Program-made: the position numbers and the translations under genes
Source of the DNA: Pelagomonas calceolata
Lineage: Eukaryota
Assembly: GCA_918797485.1 (NCBI GenBank)
Contig: CAKKNE010000003.1
Span: 4,278,001 to 4,342,000 of the forward strand
Direction of reading: 5' to 3'
DNA length: 64,000 nucleotides
Notes under the pieces: generated by a model
Told to the model about the DNA's origin: nothing
Databases searched by the model: none
The model's input: the letters and a program-made list of their open reading frames with translations, nothing else
Shown here: positions 1 through 21,613 of the stretch, in pieces
How the letters are laid out: the number at the start of each line of letters is the position of its first letter
Numbering within the stretch: the first letter of the stretch is position 1

Positions 1-7
1 CACGCAG

Positions 8-11436
<11,429 letters not shown>

Positions 11437-11713
11437 GCCTCGGGGGGTCGTTTTTTTTGGGGGGGGGGGGCGTAGATCGGGGCGTAGGTCGATGGCCCAG
11501 CGGTCTGAACCACACGTCGATCTCGGGACGTTGCGAGGGGGGGGGAGGCACGGGGCGTGCATGTAGGGGTAGAGGCGCACGGGCGGCGCGCTCCGTATAG
11601 GGTGGACAAGTGGAGCATGCGAGGTGGATTTCGCGGGCTCGCGAGACGCCGGTTTTGTTTTAGAGCTAGGCAATTTTTATGTGCATTGGGGTAAGGTGGG
11701 GGGGGAGGGGGGG

Positions 11714-14700
11714 CTACGGATCGAGCGCCAGCACGGGGTCCCGCGCCGTCGCCGCGCTCGCCACCACGCGCCGGAACTCCTCGTATGACAGCTTTTTGTC
11801 GCCGTCCGCGTCGAGCGCGCCGAAGGCCAGCATCAGCTTATCCCTCGTGCCGTCTTCCTGGTGGATGCGCGTCATGTCGTCGAGGCCCAGCAGCCGCGCG
11901 AAGTCGGCCTCGATGCCCGTCGAACTTCGCGCGCCGCGGAGCGCCTTGATGGCTTCTATCACGGAGATGTGTCCGTCGCCCGAAATGTCGACGCGATTGA
12001 AGACCTTCCTGAGCGCATCCTCTTGCGCTTCGGTGAGCGCCACCTCGGCCGTATCATCTTCGCGCGCAACGAGCGCCCCCGCGCCTTGGAAGATGTCCAG
12101 GGTCCGTCCCAAAAAGGTCCCCGCGGAACCGCCCTGCGCCGAGTCGTCGTAGCATAAATTGATTTCCTCCGGGTCGGCAGCTTCGTCCGCAGGTTCCTCC
12201 GGGTCGGCGGCTCCAGCCTCGCCGGACGCCGGCGCGAATTGCGGCTTCCGCGCCGCCAGCTTCTTGGCGCCCACGAGTGACGCGAACAAGCCGCGCCGCG
12301 CGGGTGCCGGCGCCGGCGCCGGCGCCGGCGCCGGCCGAGCCGCCGGCGCCGGCGCGGGCTGGCTCTCGTCGACGACGGGTTTGGGCTGAGCGGCCCGCCC
12401 TTTGGAGAACAGGCCGCGCTTCCTGGCCGCGGCGGGCGCGGGGGCCGGCGCGCCGGTCGTCGGCTTGCGCGCGGCCGGCTTCGCCTGCTTCTTCGGTGGC
12501 GCTTTCTTCGGTGGCGCTTTGGCGGGCGCCTTGGCTGCCGTCTTCGTAGACTTTCCATACCACTTCGACCGCGTCCCCGCCTTGGTCGCTCGTGCCGCCG
12601 GTGCCACGCCCTGGTCGTCGAGGAAGGCCGTCGTCACGGGCCCGAAGGACTTCCAATTCGCGAGCGCCTCCGGTGTCGCCGGGTACGCGCCGTGCGTCTT
12701 TTTCAGCGCCGCGCGCGCCGGTGCGCCGTACCACGTCCGCATCGGCTCGAAGACCGTGTTGATCCTGCTCGTCGAGTCCGCGTTCTTCGCCGCTTTGGCG
12801 CCTCCCTTGACCGCCGGCGACGCGCTCGAGGTGTCCTCCTCGACAGACTGCGCGTCGGCGGACTTTGCCGCGGCCTCATCCGACTGCGCCGCCCGGAACA
12901 TGTTCATGACGGAGCTGGCCAGAGACCGTGAGGACCCTTGACCGCTCGCGACGCTGGCGGGCGGAGGCGCGTCGCCGGCCGTGGGCGAGCTGGCGCTCCA
13001 GGGGCGGCTGATCGAAGAAGGGCGACGCGGCGTCGTCGCCTGGAGTTCCTTGCAAATGTCGGCGAAGCTCGGGCGAGCGTCCGGGTCCTGGGCCCACGCG
13101 CGCTCCATGAGAGAGCTGAGGTCGCGGGGCATGGACTTTGGTACGTCCAGCCTCTGCTCCTTGATGAGCTTGTAGAGAATTTGTTGCGGCTTGAGTCCCG
13201 CCCAGGGGATCCCACGGTCGTAAATCTCCCACAGGACGACCGCATAGCTGTAGACGTCGGACTTCTCCGTGAAGGTGTTGTCCTCAAATAATTCCGGCGC
13301 CATGAACGCGGGCGTCCCCGCGGCGCTGTCTCTCATCGTCGCGGTCGTCGTGAACGTCTTCAGCTCCTCGCAGCGAGAGAGCCCAAAGTCGGTCACCTTG
13401 CACCGCCCGTCGTGCGTGAGCAGCACCTGTGTGGAAATCAACATTTTACGGCGCGTTCGTGCCGAATCATCGCGTCGTCCTCCACGCCATCGACGCGACG
13501 CCTGCTCGATGGCGTGGCGATGCCGATTCCTCGCCGCTCGACGGAGCCAGCACGGCCGCGTCATCACCGAGAAATGACTTAGTGAAGAATTATCGGGTGC
13601 ACGCGACACACTGGTTGATTTCCACACAGAGCAGCACGTTGTGGGTCTTCAAGTCGCGATGCTCGATCTTGCAGCTATAGAGGTGCGCCATGCCCAGCGC
13701 CACGTCCGCCGTCCAGAAGCGCTGGTACTCCGGCGTGATCACCTCGTCGTCGCGGTCGAGCGCGTGCCGCAGCGATCCGCCGGGCAGATACTCCATCACG
13801 AGGCCGAGGAAGGATGGGTTGGTGGTGACGACGCCGAGGACCTGGACCGTGCGCGGATGCCGCAGGCGGATCATGATCCCTAGCTCGGTTTTGAACGACG
13901 AGAGCATCTTCGTGCGCTTGAGGGCGGGGACCCCGACCATGCTGATTTTCTTCAGGCAAACAATCTCTCCGCCCAGGTAGCCGCGAAAGACCGCCCCCTG
14001 GCCGCCCTCCGCGAAAGGCAGTTCCTCCACGTCCTCGAGCTCGAGCTCGGACTGCCCCAAGGCCGCCTCTTTCATGCGCTTGACCAGCTCCCGCGACTTC
14101 GTCTTCCGCAGCGCCCCGCCGAGCTCGTGGACGTTTCGTCGAATAGACGCGTTGCGTTCGTTGCCAGCCTCGATGGCCGCCAGGATCCGCTTGTCGCGCG
14201 CCGCGCCCGCCTGGACGGCCGCCATGAGCTTCTCGTCCCGTCCCACGCCGGCTTTGACGGCGACAAGGATCGACTTGAGCTGCTGCTTGTCCACGGTTCT
14301 ACCATCCAGCCTGCGCGCAAATCAACCAGTGAGTCGGGTGCACCCGATAATTCTTCACGGAGTCCTTTATCGGCGAGAACGCGGCCGTGCTGGCTGAATC
14401 GAGCGGTGAGAGACCACGCCGCCACGCGATGGCCTTCGAGACGCGCCGCGACAATTTGATTATGCACTGCATCCAGCATTTTGTTCATCTTCTTGTCCAA
14501 CTTGCTCAGGCCCTCCTTGACCTCGAGCCGGAACTCGCGCATCTCGACCGCGATCTCCGTCGGCGGCACGCGCGCGTCGACCGCGACCGACGTGATCGCG
14601 ACGGCGTCCTCCGAGAGCGCCGCCGCCGCCGCCTCCTCGGATTCTCCTTTCTCGACGACGCGCTTCGCGACGAGCGCCGCGATGGACTGCTCGATCTGGT

Positions 14701-17700
14701 AGGTCCGCTCCATCATCTGAGAATCGATCGCCAACCGGTAGCTCAGTCGGAAGACGCCCAGCTGCTCGACGATGCGCTTGTCGATGAGTCCCAGCTTCTT
14801 GACATGGCTCTGCATGGTGAACGCGCGCTTGAGCCAGCCCTTCTGCCCGAACGCGCGCACGGCCGCGTGGAATTCCTTCAGTAAGTCGATGAGCCGCTGC
14901 ATGTTCGCTTGGGCAATATCTTTGCCGTCTGAGCACTTCGAGACGTTCTTCGACATGAGATCAACCACGTCCAAGACGTCAATGACGCGTCTTGCCGCAA
15001 CCAGCACATCGTCTGCTTTCTCCGAGAACTCCTCGACGTCGCCGAGAATCCCCTTGGCGACCTGGCACAGCGGTCCGACGAGCGGCAGGCCGCTCGCAGC
15101 GCCGAGCAGGGCCGAGGTCACCGTCATACCTCGCTCGACGACAGCCGTCGTCTCCTTGTGCCGCTGCAGCAGAGCCTCGCGGGTCTTCGGGTCGTAGCCC
15201 TCGTCGGTGCTTTGAAGCGCCGCCGCCTCGCCGCCTCGCCGCAGCGCTGCCTTTGCCCGTCTCCTGCGCCAGACGACGCCGCCGCCGAAGAGCGCCAGGA
15301 GGACGACAGCCCCCACGGCGCCGATGCCCGCGCTCATCGCCGCGTCTGGGCCGCCGCCGCCGCCGGAGCTCCCTTCGCTAGCAGTGGTGGCAGGGGCGTC
15401 GCCGTCCGGCTGGGGTGCCAAAGCCGTCGTAGGCGTCCCGACCGCCGTCGTTTCGACGTCTGCGAAGTCTTCATCAGCACCAGCTTCCGTCGCGGCCTTC
15501 TTCACCGCGGCGCTTACGTCCTCGGTCGAGCTGTCTTCCATCAACGTGCTGACAGATGCAGCGGCCGCCTCGGTCTCTACGGCCACGGTGTACGTGACCA
15601 CCACCGAGCCGGCGTCGTCGAGGCGACGACGGAGGTGACGGCGCCTGGCCTGGGAGATGTCCACGCTCACAAGAGACGCGTCGACGCCACATAGATCGGC
15701 GACGGCGGCCACGAACACGTCGACGCTGGCCAGCGCGGTTTCGTACGTGATGCCGTCGAAGGTGAGGTCGCCGGACACGACAAATGCCGGCGTGCCCACG
15801 GGCGACGGCGTCGGGGGCAGCGGTTCTTGCCAGGAGCCAACACACCAAACTCCGCAGTAAGTCTCGCACTCATCTCTTCCGTTCCAACAGGCCTGGACCG
15901 TCGACACCGCCGTGCAGACGCCGCAGTCTCCGGTGGAGCAACAGTAGCCCGGAGCTGGCGTCGGGCTGCTCGTCGGACCCGGAGTCGGCCGCGGCGTCGG
16001 AGCGAAGACGGGCGCCGCCGTCGGATTTCCGGGCGTCGCGGTCGGCGAGGGCGACGGCCTCGGCGTCGGTGCTCGCGTTGGCCGCGGTGAGGGCCGCGGC
16101 GTCGGCGCTGGGATTGGTGATGGAGTCGGCCGCGCCGTCGGCAATGGCGAGGGTATAGGTGTCGGCCGAGGCGTCGGCTTCCAAGTCGGATTTGGCGTAG
16201 GCCGTGGCGTCGGCTGCGGCGTCGGGCGCGGCGTCGGGCTGAAGACCGGCCGCGCCGTCGGGCTGCCCGGCCTGACGGTGGGCGACGGCGATGGGCGCGG
16301 CGTAGGCCGCGGCGTCGGCGACCAGGTCGGCGAAGGCGTGGGTCGCGGTGTCGGCAACGGCGTGGGTCGCTGCGTAGGCCTCGGCGTCGGGGCTGGCGTC
16401 GGCTTCGGCGTCGGCTTCGGCGTAGGGCGCGCGCTGGGCGCGGGCGTCGGCACGGGCGACGGGCGCGGCGTAGGCCTTGGCGTCGGGGCTGGCGTCGGCT
16501 TCGGCATAGGGCGCGCGCTCGGCGCGGGCGTCGGTTTCGGCGAGGGCTGGCGAGTTGGTCGAGAGGTAGGCCTTGGCGTCGGGCTGAAGACGGGGCGCGG
16601 CGTCGGGTCACCAGGCGTGGGGGTTGGCGGTGGCGATGGGCGCGGCGTCGGCTGTCGCGTCGGCCGCGGGCTGGGTCGAGGCGTCGGCGCGAAGACTGGT
16701 GCTGCCGTGGGAGTTCCAGGCACCGGCGTCGGATGCGGCGAGGGCCTCGGGGTCGGGCGCGGCGACGGCGACCGCGTCGGCATAGTTGTGGGCCGCGAGG
16801 TCGGCTTCGGCGTGGGTGTCGGCGTCGGTCGCCGCGTTGGGCGCTTGCTGGGCGCGGGCGTCGGCCGCGGCGTCGGCGTCGACGTCGGTTGCGGCGTCGG
16901 GCGCTTGCTGGGCGCGGGCGTCGGCCGCGGCGTCGGCGTCGACGTCGGTTGCGGCGTCGGGCGCTTGCTGGGCGCGGGCGTCGGCCGCGGCGTCGGGCGC
17001 CTGCTGGGTGCGGGCGTCGGCCGCTGCGTAGGAATCGGTGTAGGCTTCGGCGTCGGAGACGCCGTGGGGCGCGGCGAAGGAGACGGCGATGGCCGTGGAG
17101 TTGGACTTGGAAGCGTCGGGCGAGGCGTCGGACCAGGCGTGGGTCTTGGCGTCGGCCTCGGGCAGTTGGCGAGGTTGTTGACTTGCACGACGCCGCACGA
17201 CGTCGACTCGCACGGGGTGCCGGAGAAGCTGTAGTACAGGTCGACGTCGTCGTCCACGCACCAGCCGAGGTCCTGGTTGAAGGCCGAGTCGGCGAACATG
17301 TAGCTCATGTCCGTGACGCTGTCGACCGCCCAATCACCGATGTCCTGATTGAAGCTGGATGCTTCCTTGAACATGTCCGCCATCGACGTTACACCTGAGG
17401 TATCCCAAGCGCTAATGTCCTCGTTGAAAGACGAGGCGTCCTCGAACAACTCATCCATGTCCGTTACCCCGCCAGTCTCCCACGTGGAAATGTGGCCGTA
17501 CGTCGCTGTGGCGCCAGTCGGATTCGAGAGCCACACTCCGACTGCTACTCTGATTTTCCAGTTGACCATGACGCTGCCAATACCCGGGAGGATGTTGCAG
17601 TTAACTCCCCCCACGATGCCGCACCACGTCGACTCGCACTGGGCGGTGTCGAACGCATCGTCCAGGTCCACGTCATTGTTCAGGCACCAGCCGAGGTCCT

Positions 17701-18691
17701 GGTTGAATGCTGTCGCGTCCTTGAACATGTCGTGCATGTCCGTAACCGCTCCAACGTTCCAGCTGCTAATATCCTGATTGAAGGAGGTTGCTTCCTCGAA
17801 CATATTGTCCATATACGTGACACTGTGGACCAACCAATCGCCGATGTCCTGATTGAAGGAGGTTGCTTCCTGGAACATATTGGCCATCGTTGTGACGCCC
17901 GAGGTGTCCCACGCGCCGATGTCTTGGTTAAAGGCCGAGGCGCCTTCGAACATGTACTCCATCGTTGTGACGCCAGAGGTGTCCCACGCGCCGATGTCTT
18001 GGTTAAAGGCCGAGGCGCCATCGAACATGTACTCCATCGTTGTGACGCCCGAGGTGTCCCACGCGCCGATGTCCTGGTTGAAGACCGAGGCCGAAAAGAA
18101 CATGGAGTACATCGACGTGACGCCTGAGGTGTCCCACGCGCCGATGTCCTGGTCGAAGGCCGAAGCGTAGTAGAACATGGTGTCCATCGTTGTGACGCCG
18201 GAGGTGTCCCACGCGCCGATGTCCTGGTCGAAGGCCGAGGCCGAAAAGAACATGTAGTGCATCGTCGTGACGCCGGAGGTGTCCCACGCGCCGATGTCCT
18301 CGTTAAAGGACGTCCAGGAGAACAAATACGACATGTCCGTCACCCCTCCAGTCGCCCACGTCGAGATGTGGCCGTACGTCGCCTCGGCGGCCGTCGCGTC
18401 CGAGAGCCACGCGGCGACGGCCGTTTTAATGTTGCTGTCGGTCATGGCGTAGCCGAGCTTGCGCCGCGTCGCCGCGACGGATGTGTTTGCCGCTCCAAAC
18501 GGCCGAGCCGCCGCGAGGTGCGGCGAGGCCAGCAGCACGCCGAGGGCCAGCCCGCGCCCCGCGGAGCTGCCGGAGCCGGACAAAAGGGTGCCGACGCCCG
18601 TGATCGCAGCAGCGGAGCTGCGCGCCGTCGCCAGGACGGCGATGGCGAGCCAGGTCGTCGTGGTCGTGGAGGGGCAGCGCCGCGTCGGCAT
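11714..18691 (-). CDS. Single-pass receptor-like kinase: signal peptide, DUF285/BspA-like repeats, Pro/Thr stalk, TM, MLKL-like N-terminal helical bundle, TKL-type kinase, EF-hand pair (3 exons)
   Basis: Exons 18691-14478, 14310-13638 and 13426-11714 join in frame ([36 protein letters not shown]). Motifs: 25-aa repeats [20 protein letters not shown], (PTPR)n, [22 protein letters not shown] followed by RRRR, kinase GGQGAVF/VCLKK/HRDLKxxN/DFG/APE, EF loops [12 protein letters not shown] and [12 protein letters not shown]. Confidence 0.88.
13427..13629 (-). mobile_element. Introner element (203 bp, TIR DNA element spliced as GT-AG intron 13637-13427)
   Basis: TIR CTGTGTGGAAATCAAC...GTTGATTTCCACACAG; perfect 8-bp TSD AGCAGCAC at 13419-13426 and 13630-13637; removal restores the kinase catalytic-loop region. 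Confidence 0.95.
14311..14469 (-). mobile_element. Introner element (159 bp, GC-AG intron 14477-14311)
   Basis: Perfect 8-bp TSD CATCCAGC at 14303-14310 and 14470-14477; imperfect TIRs. The left end matches the reverse complement of the right end of the 13427-13629 element. Confidence 0.93.
15945..17160 (-). repeat. Pro/Thr-rich coding repeats (PTPR/PSP)n, including near-perfect 60-bp units at about 16840-16990
   Basis: Translation gives [20 protein letters not shown] repeats. Confidence 0.9.
17690..18320 (-). repeat. 75-bp tandem coding repeats (DUF285/BspA-like 25-aa units)
   Basis: GAGGTGTCCCACGCGCCGATGTC recurs every 75 bp between about 17901 and 18298; more diverged units follow towards 17690. 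Confidence 0.9.
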
Positions 18692-19306
18692 CGTTTCCGA
18701 AATGCTGCCGGGCTGCCGTCTGGGGGTCTGTATGCGCGTTGGCGCTGCTTTTTAGCTCCTTTGGGAGCACAGCGAGAGCGAGTGTGGGCGAGAGACGCTG
18801 GTGCGGGCGCAATTGCAAGTAAGGTCGCCGACGCGAGCCCACCAGGCCCACGCTTGAAGGCTCGCGACATCGGCTCTAGGGCGTAAGGACCGGCCCAACG
18901 GAAGCTGGGCGAACAAAAACGACGCGCGCGCGCCATCGGAGTGCACAAAGAACCTACCTAGGAGTGCCCGGGGACAGATATTACGTGGGCGACGCTTCGT
19001 CGATGGCCGCGAGCGCCGCGAGGAGCGCGCGGCAGCGGTCGCCGTCGGAGACGTAGAGCGCGCCGGCCGGCGACTCGGCGGCGACGCTGGATCTCGGTCA
19101 CGCGCCAGAGGGGGTCGGTTGGGACCGCCTCGCAGTCGACTAAAAGCACCCGAACGACCAAACCCAGCTCCATGCGGCGCAGGCGGGGGTACTATCAACC
19201 CCCGTGAACGATAATTGACGCTGAGGAGCCCCGAGAGGCGACGTGAAGGGGGTCTAAAAATTGGGGGTCTCCGAGATTTATCTAGATCCTACCCGCATAC
19301 TAGTAC

Positions 19307-20050
19307 TCACGTTACGGGCCTCAGTCGACACGCGGGCAGCGACGCCGCGATCCGGTCGTTCCGCTCCTGGTAGAGGCGGTCCACGTGGCCCAGCATCTCG
19401 GGCCGCTTGCGCACGCCGTGGGGCTTGCCGTGGACCGCGTCGACGCCGTAGAGCACGTCGCGGACCGAACGCATGCTGTTGTAAGTGTTATACATGTCGT
19501 ACTTGGCCAGCGAGTCGCCGGAAAAGTGCGAGGCCATGACGACGCGGAGGCCGATGTTCTCGTGCCGCGTCAGCACGGCCGTGAGCACCTTCTGGTCGAC
19601 GCCGCCGCACGACGAGCCGACGGTGACCGCTCGGAGCCGCTCGTAGACGTCCAGGCTCGGTTCCAGCAGCATGATGCCGGCGTTGAAGCAGATGTAGTCG
19701 GGCCGGCTGAAGTTGACGGCGTAGAAGCCCGGCGGCGCGCGGAATACCCGCCCCACCTTGCGCCGGTCGAAGCGCGGCAGGACGAGGACGTCGCCGTCGA
19801 TGTAGAGCACCCGCTCGTACTGCGTCAGCGACCAGAGCGCGTCCTTGCGGTGGCTCCAGTCCGAGAAGTCGTAGCGCGACACGTTCCAGTACGCGCCCAC
19901 GACCGCCGTCTGCGCTTCCGTGAGGCCGCCCTGCACGAGCGCGACGCGCGGAATCGCCGGGTCCACGGCCGCGAGCTGGCTGCCGAGGCCCGCGACGACG
20001 CAGGCCCAGACCGTCGTGACGTTGTGCATCAGCGTGGCGATCGCGTACAT
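19307..20050 (-). CDS. Glycosyltransferase family 8 (glycogenin-like) protein
   Basis: KDALWSLTQYERVLYIDGD (DxD), FNAGIMLLEPS and GVDQKVL motifs typical of GT8; start codon uncertain. Confidence 0.75.
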   Translation of the reverse strand: MYAIATLMHNVTTVWACVVAGLGSQLAAVDPAIPRVALVQGGLTEAQTAVVGAYWNVSRYDFSDWSHRKDALWSLTQYERVLYIDGDVLVLPRFDRRKVGRVFRAPPGFYAVNFSRPDYICFNAGIMLLEPSLDVYERLRAVTVGSSCGGVDQKVLTAVLTRHENIGLRVVMASHFSGDSLAKYDMYNTYNSMRSVRDVLYGVDAVHGKPHGVRKRPEMLGHVDRLYQERNDRIAASLPACRLRPVT

Positions 20051-21047
20051 CGTAGTGTCGAGGAGGCCGCGGCGCCGGGTGTCTCGGGCAGCGCTAGCGC
20101 GTCAGGCGTACCATGGTACCACGATTCACGCGACCAACGTGCAACATGACATGTACATGCAAGGAGCTCTAATTATACAGCTCTATACGCTGCATGAGCA
20201 AAAAAAGTTAAAAAAATCTGCATGGGCAGACTAGGGGGGCAAAAGCGACATCATAAATTCGTTACTAGAAATTCGTCGAGCAAAACTCGGGACTCGTAAT
20301 TGAGAAAATTCGTTACTTGGAACTCGCTGCCAAAAAATTCGTAATTCGTTATTCGTCGCGGCCGGATTCGTTATTCGCCGATTTGTGCCAATCTTGCTCA
20401 AGGGCGTCCGCGCGGCGCGAGGCGCGCCGCGAGACGTCCCGCCTCGTCGGAGCGGAGCTCTGGGTGCGCGCCCTGGGCCGCGGAGACGCGCCGATGATCA
20501 GCGTGCAGGCGGTCGCGAGCCCGGGGCCGGCACGGTCGACCGCGGTCGGGTACCACCCACGTGCAAGACCCTCCCTTCTACCGACTACAAGAGCTCCGGA
20601 CGGCCTGAGATAGTGGTCGAAATCCGGGGTCCGACTACTTCCCGACTACTTCAGCCTGGGGGCCGGGGCAGCCCGGGGGCTACTATACGCGGTTTTGGGG
20701 CCTTCCCACGCTGTCCAGTACATCCTAGGGCCGTTCCCAGGCCATAACTAGGCCAGAGGACCAGTAAATGGAGCCTCGCCCGGTACTTTTCCGGGCGTGG
20801 TATCGCCGAAAGTACCGAAATTTTGCGGGTAAGCCCAGGTGCCTTGCCGCGAAACTGCGCAGCGCGAGATCTCGCGGTGCCGCACTTGGTGCCGCGTAGA
20901 TCGAGCTAGTAGTAAGTATATCATGTTTTAAGACGTGGGGATGGCTCCCCCCAGCGGTCTGGAACCACACGTCGATCTCGGGACGCGGGGAGGGGGAGGG
21001 AGGCATGGAACCCCGCACGAACCCCGCACCCGCATGCGATGCAATGT

Positions 21048-21417
21048 TAGTGAAACCGAGCCCGCCAGCCGACGGGTTTCCCGCCAGCCGGCCAGCCGGA
21101 TTTTGTCCCGGCGGGCCCGCCGGGGTCGAGGTCTCCGACAGGTCCGGCCGGCTCCCCCCCCTGGCGGGTGGAGTTTCCTTGCCGGCGGGCCCGCAGAGCC
21201 GGCTGGGGGCACGTAATGCAGGTTTAGACCGGAAAATTCAGGTTCTAAGTGACCCGGCGGGTCCGGCGGGCCCGCCAGCCGGGCCCCCTGGCCGGCGGCC
21301 GCCAGCCGGCTAGCTCTAGGTAGACGTATTTGGGCCGGCCGGCCGTTTCCCCCGCCAGCCGGGTCGAGGGCCCGGCCCGCGGTCGACCCCCCTGAGCCGG
21401 CCGGGCTGGTTTCACTA
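21048..21417. mobile_element. Non-autonomous hAT-like MITE
   Basis: TIR TAGTGAAACC(G)AGCCCG...CGGGCTGGTTTCACTA; internal repeated CCGCCAGCCGG motifs; CGATGCA on both flanks as an imperfect, offset TSD; no coding signal. Confidence 0.7.
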
Positions 21418-21613
21418 CGATGCATCACCAATTTTGCTGGTTTGCATTGCACTACTGGCAGTGCTGGTCCGTCGGGCTGCTTTCGACGACGACGACGCCG
21501 CATCGACGTCACGCACGCGAAAATATAGCGTTCTGAGGCTGCCCAGGGACTGCAGTCAGTCCAGCCTGGGGGCTGCCGAAAAAAGCAAGGATGCACGGGT
21601 CGTAAACAACACA

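Noticed and set aside
16278..17234. Gly/Val-rich 318-aa plus-strand ORF
   Set aside because: Antisense shadow of the Pro/Thr repeats.
17690..18320. CRISPR-like regularly spaced repeats
   Set aside because: In-frame 75-bp coding repeats with related intervening sequence, in a eukaryotic gene with no cas genes.
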